NCBI GenBank assembly: GCA_041191145.1
Contig: JBEEPK010000001.1
Span: forward strand, 836-64,835
Length of the DNA stretch: 64,000 nucleotides
Reading direction: 5' to 3'
Origin: Bacteroidota bacterium
GTDB taxonomy: Bacteria; Bacteroidota; Ignavibacteria; Kapaibacteriales; UBA961
Each line of letters opens with the position of its first letter. The first letter of the stretch is position 1. The translations under genes and the position numbers were made by a program. The notes beneath the pieces were generated by a model. That model saw only the letters and a program-made list of their open reading frames with translations, searched no databases and was not told the DNA's origin. Shown here piece after piece: positions 40,768 through 49,644 of this stretch.

Positions 40768-42375
40768 TTAGAAAAGATATCTCGCACCAAGTGCGACGAA
40801 TGTTCCCCTCTCTCTAAACCTATTCCATACATATACGGAAGAATTGAGGAGATTGTCAATCCGAATAAATGCTTCGAGATCTTTTTGAATTGTATAATTG
40901 AGTTTGAAATTTGCCATGATATATGATGGTAATTCGATGGAATCATCTTTGGTAACAGTTCTTGAATCTACATATTCAAGTGAAATGATGGAAGTGAATG
41001 ATGCAAACCAATCACGCTCATAACGCATGCCTATTGTGAGTGGAGCCAACATCGGAATAGCTGTCGATGAATCAGACAGAGAACTAAACAGCATAGATGC
41101 ATATCCTCCGATTCTGGTATGTTGGAAAGGCTTCCATTGACCTTCCAATTGCAAATCCAAAATCGTACCTGACAGATACTCAATTGTAAATCCTTGGAAT
41201 TTTCCTGATTCAGTGGAATTTGGTAACATCACTGGCAAATTCGATGAAGTCTGATATTTGGCTTTAAATGATGCCGTCATATCCAGGTCCGGATGCCAAA
41301 GAATGATTGGAGTGATTGCTATATCATCTCTTCTGAATGAAATCAACGGCATGTGAATCAAATATGGATTTCTCAAAAGCATCTCACCAAGTGAATTAGT
41401 ATTCAAACCACTACTCAATTGAAGGGATGAGGTTAACTCAGATGATATTCTATACTCTGCATTACCATTGATTGAAATGGCTCCGTATTGTGTTCCTTCA
41501 GAATTTGTGGCAGTTTGCAATCCTGCACCAAATGTCAAAGTTAAATCATCCTCTGTCCATGTTCCTGATGCACCTGCCTGTATGAAATTATACGATGAAG
41601 TATCTCCATATGAATGCAAATCAATATTGAGATGAGCTGTCATGGACATTCCAAGCATGGGCGTAGTTACTTGTGCATATCCCTTTATTCTGGAATCAGA
41701 CAAAGAAAGAGAATCTGTTCCAATCGTCAATGTTTGCCAGTGAGCACCCATAGAATAAGCATAAGAACTGATTGTTCCTTTCACATCAACCTGAGCTCCA
41801 AGATTATCAATGCTTCTTTCAACAATATTTGTTTTATCTGCACCAAATAATTGGAAGCGAGTTGATGAATAATTCAATCCTGTTTCAGTTCGACTGCCAC
41901 CAAAGAACACATATTTCTTTGGAGCATCATAAGCAGCTTGAAGTGATATTCCACTCTTTGAAAAATCGGCATTGTCTATATGACCTTGACTTCCTTCATA
42001 ATTACCGAATACATCAATGGAATATCCGCCGGATGCAAAAGAATATCCTGCATTGATTTTCGGAGTCATGAATATTCCGAATTCTCCCATTGCATATCCA
42101 TTGACAGAATATGGATTCATTGGACTTGCAGGCAATGGTATTGTTGGTAATAGTGGTATGGGTATTTTTATATCAGTATTAATTGAATCAAGTTCTGCTT
42201 TTGTGAATACTCCAGGCTTAGCCGGCTTCATTTTTAATCCACCTTTGATATCGGCATTGGTCTTGCCGGTAATCACGAATTCTTGCAAATCCAATGGCTG
42301 ATCTGCTGCGTTCTTGCTATCCTGAGCATAAGCAGAGCACACCAACAATAGTAATATGAAACTTCTGATTATCAT
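40768..42375 (-). CDS. Outer-membrane beta-barrel protein with N-terminal TonB-box-like motif (no recognisable plug)
   Basis: A signal peptide MIIRSFILLLLVCSAYA is followed by DLQEFVITGKT (TonB-box-like), amphipathic beta-strand periodicity throughout, and a C-terminal aromatic beta-signal ALGARYLF. Confidence 0.6.
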   Translation of the reverse strand: MIIRSFILLLLVCSAYAQDSKNAADQPLDLQEFVITGKTNADIKGGLKMKPAKPGVFTKAELDSINTDIKIPIPLLPTIPLPASPMNPYSVNGYAMGEFGIFMTPKINAGYSFASGGYSIDVFGNYEGSQGHIDNADFSKSGISLQAAYDAPKKYVFFGGSRTETGLNYSSTRFQLFGADKTNIVERSIDNLGAQVDVKGTISSYAYSMGAHWQTLTIGTDSLSLSDSRIKGYAQVTTPMLGMSMTAHLNIDLHSYGDTSSYNFIQAGASGTWTEDDLTLTFGAGLQTATNSEGTQYGAISINGNAEYRISSELTSSLQLSSGLNTNSLGEMLLRNPYLIHMPLISFRRDDIAITPIILWHPDLDMTASFKAKYQTSSNLPVMLPNSTESGKFQGFTIEYLSGTILDLQLEGQWKPFQHTRIGGYASMLFSSLSDSSTAIPMLAPLTIGMRYERDWFASFTSIISLEYVDSRTVTKDDSIELPSYIMANFKLNYTIQKDLEAFIRIDNLLNSSVYVWNRFRERGTFVALGARYLF

Positions 42376-45300
42376 GGCTTCGCCTTCTGTATTCTCTTCA
42401 ATCTTGCTGATGCAGTTTTACCATAATCATCATCGGGTCTTAATGTCACGAGTGTTTGAAACACCTCCTTTGCAGCATCGTAATTTTTGAGTGTTTCATA
42501 ACAATCACCGAGACCCAAAAGTGATAAAGAGAACCAATCTTCAATGGAACTAAATTGCTCTTTTACTCCTAAAAATGCAGTGATGGCATTTGCATATTCC
42601 TTTTGCTTCATCCACAATTCACCGATTCGATATTGCGCTTCTGCTGCTATTGTTGGATTCTCCATTCTTTTGGCAATATGCCTGAAATGAACTATTGCAC
42701 TATCGAACATGGTACGTGATCGATAATACATTGCAATTCTATATCTGGATTGATCTCCAAATTCGGACTTATCATATGTTTCTGCCGTCAAAGAATACAA
42801 TCGTAAAGCTTGTAGTGAATCTCCTAGTGTCGATGCAATTTGCGCTCGCTCAAATCCTGCTTGAGCTGATGAAGCATTTTCGGGAAATTCAGTCATCACC
42901 ATCATAAATGCTGTATCGGCTTCTCGATATCTTTTATCATTTACTTTCATGAGTCCGATTTCAAGCAATGCGAGCGGAGCAAATTCTGTTTTTCCATATT
43001 TCTTGAACACATCTTTCCAAGATTGTTCGGCCTTGCCAGATTCACCCAAACTTGAAAAACTCTTACCTAAATAGAAAAGTGCTTCAGCATTCCTTTCTAT
43101 GTCATTATTGGACTTCAAAAAGGCTTCATATTCTGAGATTGCACCGGCATAATTCTTACCATTGTAAAAACTTAGTCCCCTATTCATCAATAAATCTTTG
43201 GCGATTTCAGATTGTGGATTTTTTGAAATGAAATCATCCACAATCACATTGGCTTCATCCACCCTTCCCAAAAATTCCAAACTATATTGAATGCTCTTTA
43301 CTGCTTCACCAGCCAATGGTGAAGATGGATATTGATTTTTTACAACTGTATAGGATGCAATTGCATCATCATAGCGCTCAAGGTTATAATATGCATCTGC
43401 AATGGTATAATGAGTTCTTGCGGCAAGTTGCGTAGATGGATATGCAACCAACAATGCTTTCAATTCTTGAATTGCATCATCATATTTTCTTTGTTGGAAT
43501 AATGTCCAACCTACTGAATATAAAGCCGATGCAGATAATGGAGATTGTGGATAAGAACGCGCAAATGTTCTGAATGCTTTTACTGCACCGTCGAAATCAT
43601 CAATTCTATACAATGCCTGACCATATTGATATGCCGAATATTGTCCTTCCTCAGAACGAGGTCCGGCATTCATCGCAGACTTATATGCTGAGGCAGCATC
43701 TTTGAATTGTCTTAATGCATAATATCCATCACCCTTTCGCGCCAAGGCATCAGTCGCAAATCGCGTTTGAGGGAATTCTTTGACCAATTTTGAAAATGAT
43801 TGTGAACTTTTTGCAAACTCTCTTCTACGGAATTGCGCCCAAGCAATCCCATACATACTCTCTTCTTTCCGATTGCTATTAGGATAATCCGAAATCAATT
43901 GAGTGTAAAATTCCTCGGCATTTGTCAAGAGGTCAGTTTTATAATACGATTCTGCAAGCCAAAATAATGCTTGGTCTCTTCTACCATCAACTTTATGCTC
44001 ACCAAGGAAAGTAGAGATTTCAATAATTGCATCTCTGTATTGTTCATTTTGATGTAATGAAATTCCTTGCTTCAATCTTGCTTCCGCAAGAATACTCTCT
44101 CTATTTTCTAGTTCTCTTTTGGACATTGAAAGCACCATTCTCTCGGCTGATGCATATTCTCTGGCTGATTTTCCAAATTGCTCTTGATCATGATATACAC
44201 TTCCAAGCAATAAATGGAGTTTTACAGACAATGACTTTTCTTGCGTTTCACGCAATGCTCTTTCAAATGTCTTTCGAGCCGTTTCCATTTCATTGTCTTC
44301 ATAAACCAATTGGCCATATTCCAGCAATGCATGTCCCAATAATTGATACCCGGTCTCCATAGTCAAAGCGGCAAACTCTTTCTTCGCTCTATCTCTTTCA
44401 CCTTTTGCTTTTGCAATCAATCCATGATATAATTTTGCTCCTGCCTTGAGTATTGCATGTTCATCTTTTGAAGAATCAATAACATATTGATACAATACTT
44501 CAGCTTCATCATATTTCCCAATATGAAAAGCGGCATATCCTGCAGACATTTTAGCATGCAGCATGATTGGCGATAGGGGATATGCATTCATGAATGAAAG
44601 AAATGCATCATATGCTTGTCTGGTTTGTTTTGCCAAGACCAATGCCTGCGCTCGCATGAATGACAAATCTTCGATTGCATGATCAGAAAAAGATTGCACT
44701 TCAGGCTTGATGATCGTTGTGTCCTGCGATTGCAATTTATCCACCAATGCTTGGGCTTGATCCATATACGCAATTGCAGCATTCGGTTCTCTCATTCCAA
44801 GCTTGATATTGGAAGCACGAATGGAAGAACTTAATGCAGTATTTCTTTGCGGATATGTACGCAATAATTCTCCATATAATGCAATGGCTTCTTGCTCAGC
44901 ACCGGATCGCTCACGCAATTGTGCTCGCATATACAATGCATCATCTGCCAAACCATGCATGGGATACAAAGATTGTATTTCTTTGAGTGTTGCAAATGCA
45001 TCATCAGGATTTCCACCTCTTGCTTGTGAAGCACCTTTCCAATACAATGACATCGCGCAATAATGAGCATGCAATGAATCGGTTTTGGCCTTCTCTCGTG
45101 ATATCTCCACGACTTTACCAAAATACTCTATCGCTTTTGGCATGTCCATTTGATAATAAGCTATGGAACCCCTTTCGATCAATGCAATGGGAAGGAATGG
45201 TGAATTCGGTCTTTGTTGAATGAATCTTTCCAGTGCTTTGTCAGCATATTGAAAATCACCGGATTGTCTCATCATAAGTGACTTTAAAATGGAAGCCTCA

Positions 45301-45551
45301 TCTGCATGTGCCCCATGTTCAGCGATAACTAGCGATTGACGGAATTGCTTTCCCGCTTCAGCCAGCATGCCGTCATCTATAAGTATTGACATACCTCGAA
45401 GATCCTTTATGCCATAGAGGACTCCCGGTTCTAACAATTGGCCATGCATGATATGAACTGATAACACGCATAAAGCCATGGATAACCAATGCTTCATAAT
45501 ATTTAGGAGGATGGAAAGATGCTGCACTTCAAAAATACGAATATCCTGCAA
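42372..45551 (-). CDS. Large (1059-aa) tetratricopeptide-repeat protein with signal peptide
   Basis: More than 15 TPR-like repeats (W/LG-Y-A-F-A-P patterning), for example YYKTDLLTNAEEFYTQLISDYPNS. Its stop overlaps the start of the downstream beta-barrel gene by 4 nt. Confidence 0.85.
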   Translation of the reverse strand: MQDIRIFEVQHLSILLNIMKHWLSMALCVLSVHIMHGQLLEPGVLYGIKDLRGMSILIDDGMLAEAGKQFRQSLVIAEHGAHADEASILKSLMMRQSGDFQYADKALERFIQQRPNSPFLPIALIERGSIAYYQMDMPKAIEYFGKVVEISREKAKTDSLHAHYCAMSLYWKGASQARGGNPDDAFATLKEIQSLYPMHGLADDALYMRAQLRERSGAEQEAIALYGELLRTYPQRNTALSSSIRASNIKLGMREPNAAIAYMDQAQALVDKLQSQDTTIIKPEVQSFSDHAIEDLSFMRAQALVLAKQTRQAYDAFLSFMNAYPLSPIMLHAKMSAGYAAFHIGKYDEAEVLYQYVIDSSKDEHAILKAGAKLYHGLIAKAKGERDRAKKEFAALTMETGYQLLGHALLEYGQLVYEDNEMETARKTFERALRETQEKSLSVKLHLLLGSVYHDQEQFGKSAREYASAERMVLSMSKRELENRESILAEARLKQGISLHQNEQYRDAIIEISTFLGEHKVDGRRDQALFWLAESYYKTDLLTNAEEFYTQLISDYPNSNRKEESMYGIAWAQFRRREFAKSSQSFSKLVKEFPQTRFATDALARKGDGYYALRQFKDAASAYKSAMNAGPRSEEGQYSAYQYGQALYRIDDFDGAVKAFRTFARSYPQSPLSASALYSVGWTLFQQRKYDDAIQELKALLVAYPSTQLAARTHYTIADAYYNLERYDDAIASYTVVKNQYPSSPLAGEAVKSIQYSLEFLGRVDEANVIVDDFISKNPQSEIAKDLLMNRGLSFYNGKNYAGAISEYEAFLKSNNDIERNAEALFYLGKSFSSLGESGKAEQSWKDVFKKYGKTEFAPLALLEIGLMKVNDKRYREADTAFMMVMTEFPENASSAQAGFERAQIASTLGDSLQALRLYSLTAETYDKSEFGDQSRYRIAMYYRSRTMFDSAIVHFRHIAKRMENPTIAAEAQYRIGELWMKQKEYANAITAFLGVKEQFSSIEDWFSLSLLGLGDCYETLKNYDAAKEVFQTLVTLRPDDDYGKTASARLKRIQKAKP

Positions 45552-45620
45552 TTAGAATATGTATGAAATGTATTTTTAGTAGTTATCTATTGAAATGATT
45601 GTGTCTATTGACCTAATTGA

Positions 45621-46367
45621 CTAATCTAAACCCAAAAAAGCAATATTTCTACCAATATTCCCTTCTCTTCGAAAAGAATGGAATCGGTCATCAGTTATTG
45701 TACAATTAGTAGATATCTCAATATGTTGCGCTAATACCCCACACTCTCTCAAAGTTGAAGCGATATATGATCGTAAATCAAAATAATTGGTCATATCAAC
45801 TTGATCTACAAATCCTGGAAACAAATCCATGAACTCGGGTCCCACTTCATACCTTTCTCTCCCAGCACATGGGGTTAACCAAATCAATACATCTGATGAA
45901 TCTGTACCAAACTTTTCCTTCATGATTTCTATTCCCTTCACACTAATATCTAGTTTTACTCCTCGCCAGCCGGCATGCAAAGCCATTATGGCCATATTTT
46001 TTGGATCATATATCATGATGCCACAACAGTCGGCTATTGCAATTCCTAATACTACATCGGGATTATTGGTATATAATCCATCTCCATCAGGAAGTATGCT
46101 CAGTACTGCTTCATGTATTTGATCTCCATGAACTTGATTCAAAGAGACAATCTTCTTTCCTATTCCACTTCCGATGGAATGTTCCATTGATTCTACATGA
46201 ACTTGGAATTGCTCATCGGTAAGCGATGCTCTTCGGAATGAAAATCCTGAAGGTGGATATTTATTGATTTCACCTTTCATCGACATCCCACAGAGAATTG
46301 GATAGTCCTTAAATATATTCGGTTGCAAATACTCCAATCTATTCTTGCTCCTTGTTTTGCAATGCAT
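45621..46367 (-). CDS. pgeF: Peptidoglycan editing factor PgeF (YfiH/laccase-domain family purine nucleoside phosphorylase)
   Basis: It has the YfiH motifs QVHGDQI, ADCCGIMIYD and HAGWRG. Its 5' end overlaps queG by 29 nt if it starts at 46367. Confidence 0.85.
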   Translation of the reverse strand: MHCKTRSKNRLEYLQPNIFKDYPILCGMSMKGEINKYPPSGFSFRRASLTDEQFQVHVESMEHSIGSGIGKKIVSLNQVHGDQIHEAVLSILPDGDGLYTNNPDVVLGIAIADCCGIMIYDPKNMAIMALHAGWRGVKLDISVKGIEIMKEKFGTDSSDVLIWLTPCAGRERYEVGPEFMDLFPGFVDQVDMTNYFDLRSYIASTLRECGVLAQHIEISTNCTITDDRFHSFRREGNIGRNIAFLGLD

Positions 46368-47313
46368 TTACATTTCTTTGCAAACCGGCTAGTTTTGTTC
46401 TTTTCACTGGACTTTTCCTGAATCTATCAGAAAATTCTTCTTGTTTCATTTCCAGTATTGATTGAAAAGTAAAGCCGGTTTCATTTTTCCTTGGTTGGAA
46501 TTCTTGGATTGTGGTTTCTGAGGAGAATCTATTCCAAGGACATATATCCTGGCAAATATCACATCCATATACCCATTGTTCCATATTGATTGCGATTTCT
46601 TTTGGTATCTCAATGTGTGGTTTTGCTTCTATCGTCCAATAAGAAATACATTTGTTTGCATCTACTTGATAAGGCTCGATGATTGCATTTGTGGGACATG
46701 CATCCAAACAAGCAGTGCAGGTTCCACAATAATCTTCCATCGGTGAATCATAATCCAATGGAATGGTGGAAATGATAACTCCCAAGAAAAACCATGACCC
46801 AATTTCCCGTGAAATGATATTGGAGTTCTTACCTTGCCAACCTATCCCAGCTTTGCGTGCCCATTGTTTTTCAGGAATTGGACCAGTATCGACATACACT
46901 TTTGATTGTGAATCAGGATCTATGAATTGTAATGCAGTTACTATTTCCTGCATCTTCATTGGAAGTATCTCATGATAATCGGTGCCCCATGCATAGCGTG
47001 AGATTTTTCCTTCTTCCCTGAAATCACGATGTGAATGAGGTGTATAATAAGACAATCCAACAACAATCACGGATTCAGCCCCCGGAAGTATTTCTCTTAT
47101 ATCTTCCCTTTTCTCAAGATTCTTTTCCAAATATTGCATTGTAGCATGATAACCCGAGGCTAGCCATTCTTGATACCGATCGAACTCTTCTGGCAATGCT
47201 TCCGTTTTTGCAATGCCAACCAATTCAAATCCTGCTTTTTTTGCAGCTTGCTTAATGAGCTCTGAATGATAGGATGACTGATTTTCCATCTTGATCAAAA
47301 ATTTCGAAGCCAA
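46339..47313 (-). CDS. queG: Epoxyqueuosine reductase
   Basis: It has two 4Fe-4S motifs, CGTCTACLDACPTNAI and CDICQDICPWN, plus the N-terminal QueG domain. Confidence 0.9.
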   Translation of the reverse strand: MASKFLIKMENQSSYHSELIKQAAKKAGFELVGIAKTEALPEEFDRYQEWLASGYHATMQYLEKNLEKREDIREILPGAESVIVVGLSYYTPHSHRDFREEGKISRYAWGTDYHEILPMKMQEIVTALQFIDPDSQSKVYVDTGPIPEKQWARKAGIGWQGKNSNIISREIGSWFFLGVIISTIPLDYDSPMEDYCGTCTACLDACPTNAIIEPYQVDANKCISYWTIEAKPHIEIPKEIAINMEQWVYGCDICQDICPWNRFSSETTIQEFQPRKNETGFTFQSILEMKQEEFSDRFRKSPVKRTKLAGLQRNVNALQNKEQE

Positions 47314-47705
47314 AGTGGAGTTAATTTTTCGGGTTTTTCAAGCCAGATGCTTCCTTCCATTTCGAATACATGATAAGTCTTGAGTCGCGCATTACTACCC
47401 AATGCCTTACCGGAATCCAAAGAATAAATCCAACCATGAAGCGGACATGTAACAGTACCTTCTTCAATCAGTCCATCACAAATCACAGCGGCATATTGAT
47501 GAGGACAGATATTCGAAACAGCATAGTATTCACTGCCATCACGAATGATTGCTATTTGAACATCCTCATCAAAATAGATATTCTTGCCTTTTTTCTGAAA
47601 GACTTCTTTTGAAGAACAAATGCGAAGATATTCTCTGCCTTCATGTGTCATACATTCATAGGAAGCTATTGCTTTATCAAATGCAGATGATTCCAAATCC
47701 GACAT
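47295..47705 (-). CDS. Rieske [2Fe-2S] domain protein (NirD-like)
   Basis: It has CPHQ(17 residues)CPLHGW. The product is 136 aa. Confidence 0.85.
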   Translation of the reverse strand: MSDLESSAFDKAIASYECMTHEGREYLRICSSKEVFQKKGKNIYFDEDVQIAIIRDGSEYYAVSNICPHQYAAVICDGLIEEGTVTCPLHGWIYSLDSGKALGSNARLKTYHVFEMEGSIWLEKPEKLTPLWLRNF

Positions 47706-48553
47706 CAGATATTCACCATTTCATTGTATGTGAACCCCTTCTCGGTTTTCTTGACTGTGCAAGCAATTGAGAAAGCATCATGTTCAAAACAAAGAATCCA
47801 ATTCTGCTCCGCGGCTTTTGTCAGTAATTGTTCCTTTTCTTTCATGCTGGTCAATGGAAAATTATCATAACCCATCACATATGGAACAGGGATATGTGCT
47901 CTTGTTGGAATAAGGTCAGCAGGAAATACAATATGATTATCATCATCAAAGAGATGAATCATCTGCAAACCTTGAGTGTGACCATATACTCTTTCGACAT
48001 GAATTCCTGTAAAAAGTTCGCCATCTCCTTCAATGAGATTCAGCATACCATTTGCGATCAGTGGATCCCAATTCTCAGGCATGAATGAAGCTCTATCTTT
48101 TTCCGTGGGTGCTTTGGCCCATTGCAATTGTTCCTCTTGAACATGATATGTTGCATTGGGAAAGACAGGTACGATTTCACCTGTCTCCATTCTTTTCGTT
48201 GCTCCACCCACATGATCGAAATGAAGATGTGTCAGAATGACATCCGTAATATCTTCGGATGTAATACCATAAGACTGTAAAGAATGCCCAACAGATGCTC
48301 TGGAATAATCCACTCGATATATGGACTCCAATTTTTCCGACATTTTATGTCCACATCCTGTATCAATGAGAATATTCTTCCCATTTCCTCGTATGAGCAA
48401 ACTTCTGGATGTCATGTCTATCCGATTGAGTTCATCTCCCGGATGATATGCTTTTGTCCATAAGGTCTTGGGAACCACGCCGAACATTGCTCCACCATCT
48501 AAAGCAAAATCACCGGTATCAAATATGTCGATTGTATATGGGCCTATATTCAT
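47705..48553 (-). CDS. MBL-fold metallo-hydrolase
   Basis: It has THLHFDHVGG. I placed the start at Met-27 of the ORF (48553) to avoid overlap with the upstream thioredoxin-like gene. Confidence 0.8.
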   Translation of the reverse strand: MNIGPYTIDIFDTGDFALDGGAMFGVVPKTLWTKAYHPGDELNRIDMTSRSLLIRGNGKNILIDTGCGHKMSEKLESIYRVDYSRASVGHSLQSYGITSEDITDVILTHLHFDHVGGATKRMETGEIVPVFPNATYHVQEEQLQWAKAPTEKDRASFMPENWDPLIANGMLNLIEGDGELFTGIHVERVYGHTQGLQMIHLFDDDNHIVFPADLIPTRAHIPVPYVMGYDNFPLTSMKEKEQLLTKAAEQNWILCFEHDAFSIACTVKKTEKGFTYNEMVNI

Positions 48554-48563
48554 GTTTTGTCCG

Positions 48564-49166
48564 TCACTTTTTCCATTTGATAGAACAACCGATTGCTTTT
48601 GTGGTTTCGGGTGCGGGAGTTTTTTGTGCAATCAAGGATTCAATTGCATTTGACAAATATGTTTCCTTCACTGAGTTTGCATCACTGTGATTATCATCGA
48701 TTGCACCGATATATGCAATCTTGAATGTATTGTCAGAATGTTTTTTGAGAAGATAGACATGCGGGGTGCGCGTTGCTCCATATTGCTTTGCAATAGACTG
48801 TGTTTCATCAATCACATAGCGGAATGGAAAGCCCTTTTCTTTGGATCGCTCAATCATTTTGTCGAAAGAATCTTCTGGAACCGTTACAGGATCATTGGGA
48901 TTGATTGCCAAAACTGGGAAACCTTTACCGGCGTATTTTTTATGCAAATCAATGATGCGATCTTCATATGCCTTTGAGAATGGACAATGATTGCATGTAA
49001 AAATGACGACAAGTCCATTATCAGCGGAATAACTTGCCAATGATACCATTGAACCATCAATATTCTTAAGGGAAAAATCCTTTGCATCATCACCGATTTT
49101 CAAACCTTCAGCAGAAAATGCATTAACTGCACCAAAAAAAAGCAGCGCTAGAATAAATGATTTCAT
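48564..49166 (-). CDS. Secreted thioredoxin-fold redoxin (TlpA/AhpC-TSA-like) with CxxC-type motif CNHC
   Basis: A signal peptide MKSFILALLFFGAVNAFSA is followed by VVIFTCNHCPFSKAYEDRI. Confidence 0.75.
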   Translation of the reverse strand: MKSFILALLFFGAVNAFSAEGLKIGDDAKDFSLKNIDGSMVSLASYSADNGLVVIFTCNHCPFSKAYEDRIIDLHKKYAGKGFPVLAINPNDPVTVPEDSFDKMIERSKEKGFPFRYVIDETQSIAKQYGATRTPHVYLLKKHSDNTFKIAYIGAIDDNHSDANSVKETYLSNAIESLIAQKTPAPETTKAIGCSIKWKK

Positions 49167-49170
49167 GTGT

Positions 49171-49644
49171 TTACTCCATCATGGATTGTATAGTGGTAAA
49201 TAATTCTTCTTTTTCTAATTGTTTTTCAAGAAACACTCTTTTCTTGATCCGATTTCGCAGAATGATTGTAGCAGGTAGCGAACCTGTCCATTCCGGTTCA
49301 ATTTTATCTATCCATTCATTTGGATTATGCTCGTCGAGCAAAAGAATCTCTGATTTCAAATCTTTCTTTTTCACAAAAGGAAGAAGTACTCTATCAAGTT
49401 CCGCGGGCGAGTCTAAGCTTACAAGAATGACACGAACATTTTTCTTTGAAAAACCTGAAGTAGCTTCTTCAAAATAAGGTAATTCTTCGATGCAAGGCTT
49501 GCACCATGTAGCCCAAAAATTGATCACATACACAGTATCAGCATCATTATGTAGAAGTGAAGTCAATGTTTCTAATTTCACAGTTTTTACTTGAGAAAAG
49601 GCCGTTAGTGAAGAGAGCATTAGCATCATGAAAAGACTTCTCAT
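49171..49644 (-). CDS. TlpA-family thiol:disulfide oxidoreductase (periplasmic thioredoxin)
   Basis: A signal peptide is followed by VINFWATWCKPCIEELP (WCxxC active site). Confidence 0.8.
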   Translation of the reverse strand: MRSLFMMLMLSSLTAFSQVKTVKLETLTSLLHNDADTVYVINFWATWCKPCIEELPYFEEATSGFSKKNVRVILVSLDSPAELDRVLLPFVKKKDLKSEILLLDEHNPNEWIDKIEPEWTGSLPATIILRNRIKKRVFLEKQLEKEELFTTIQSMME

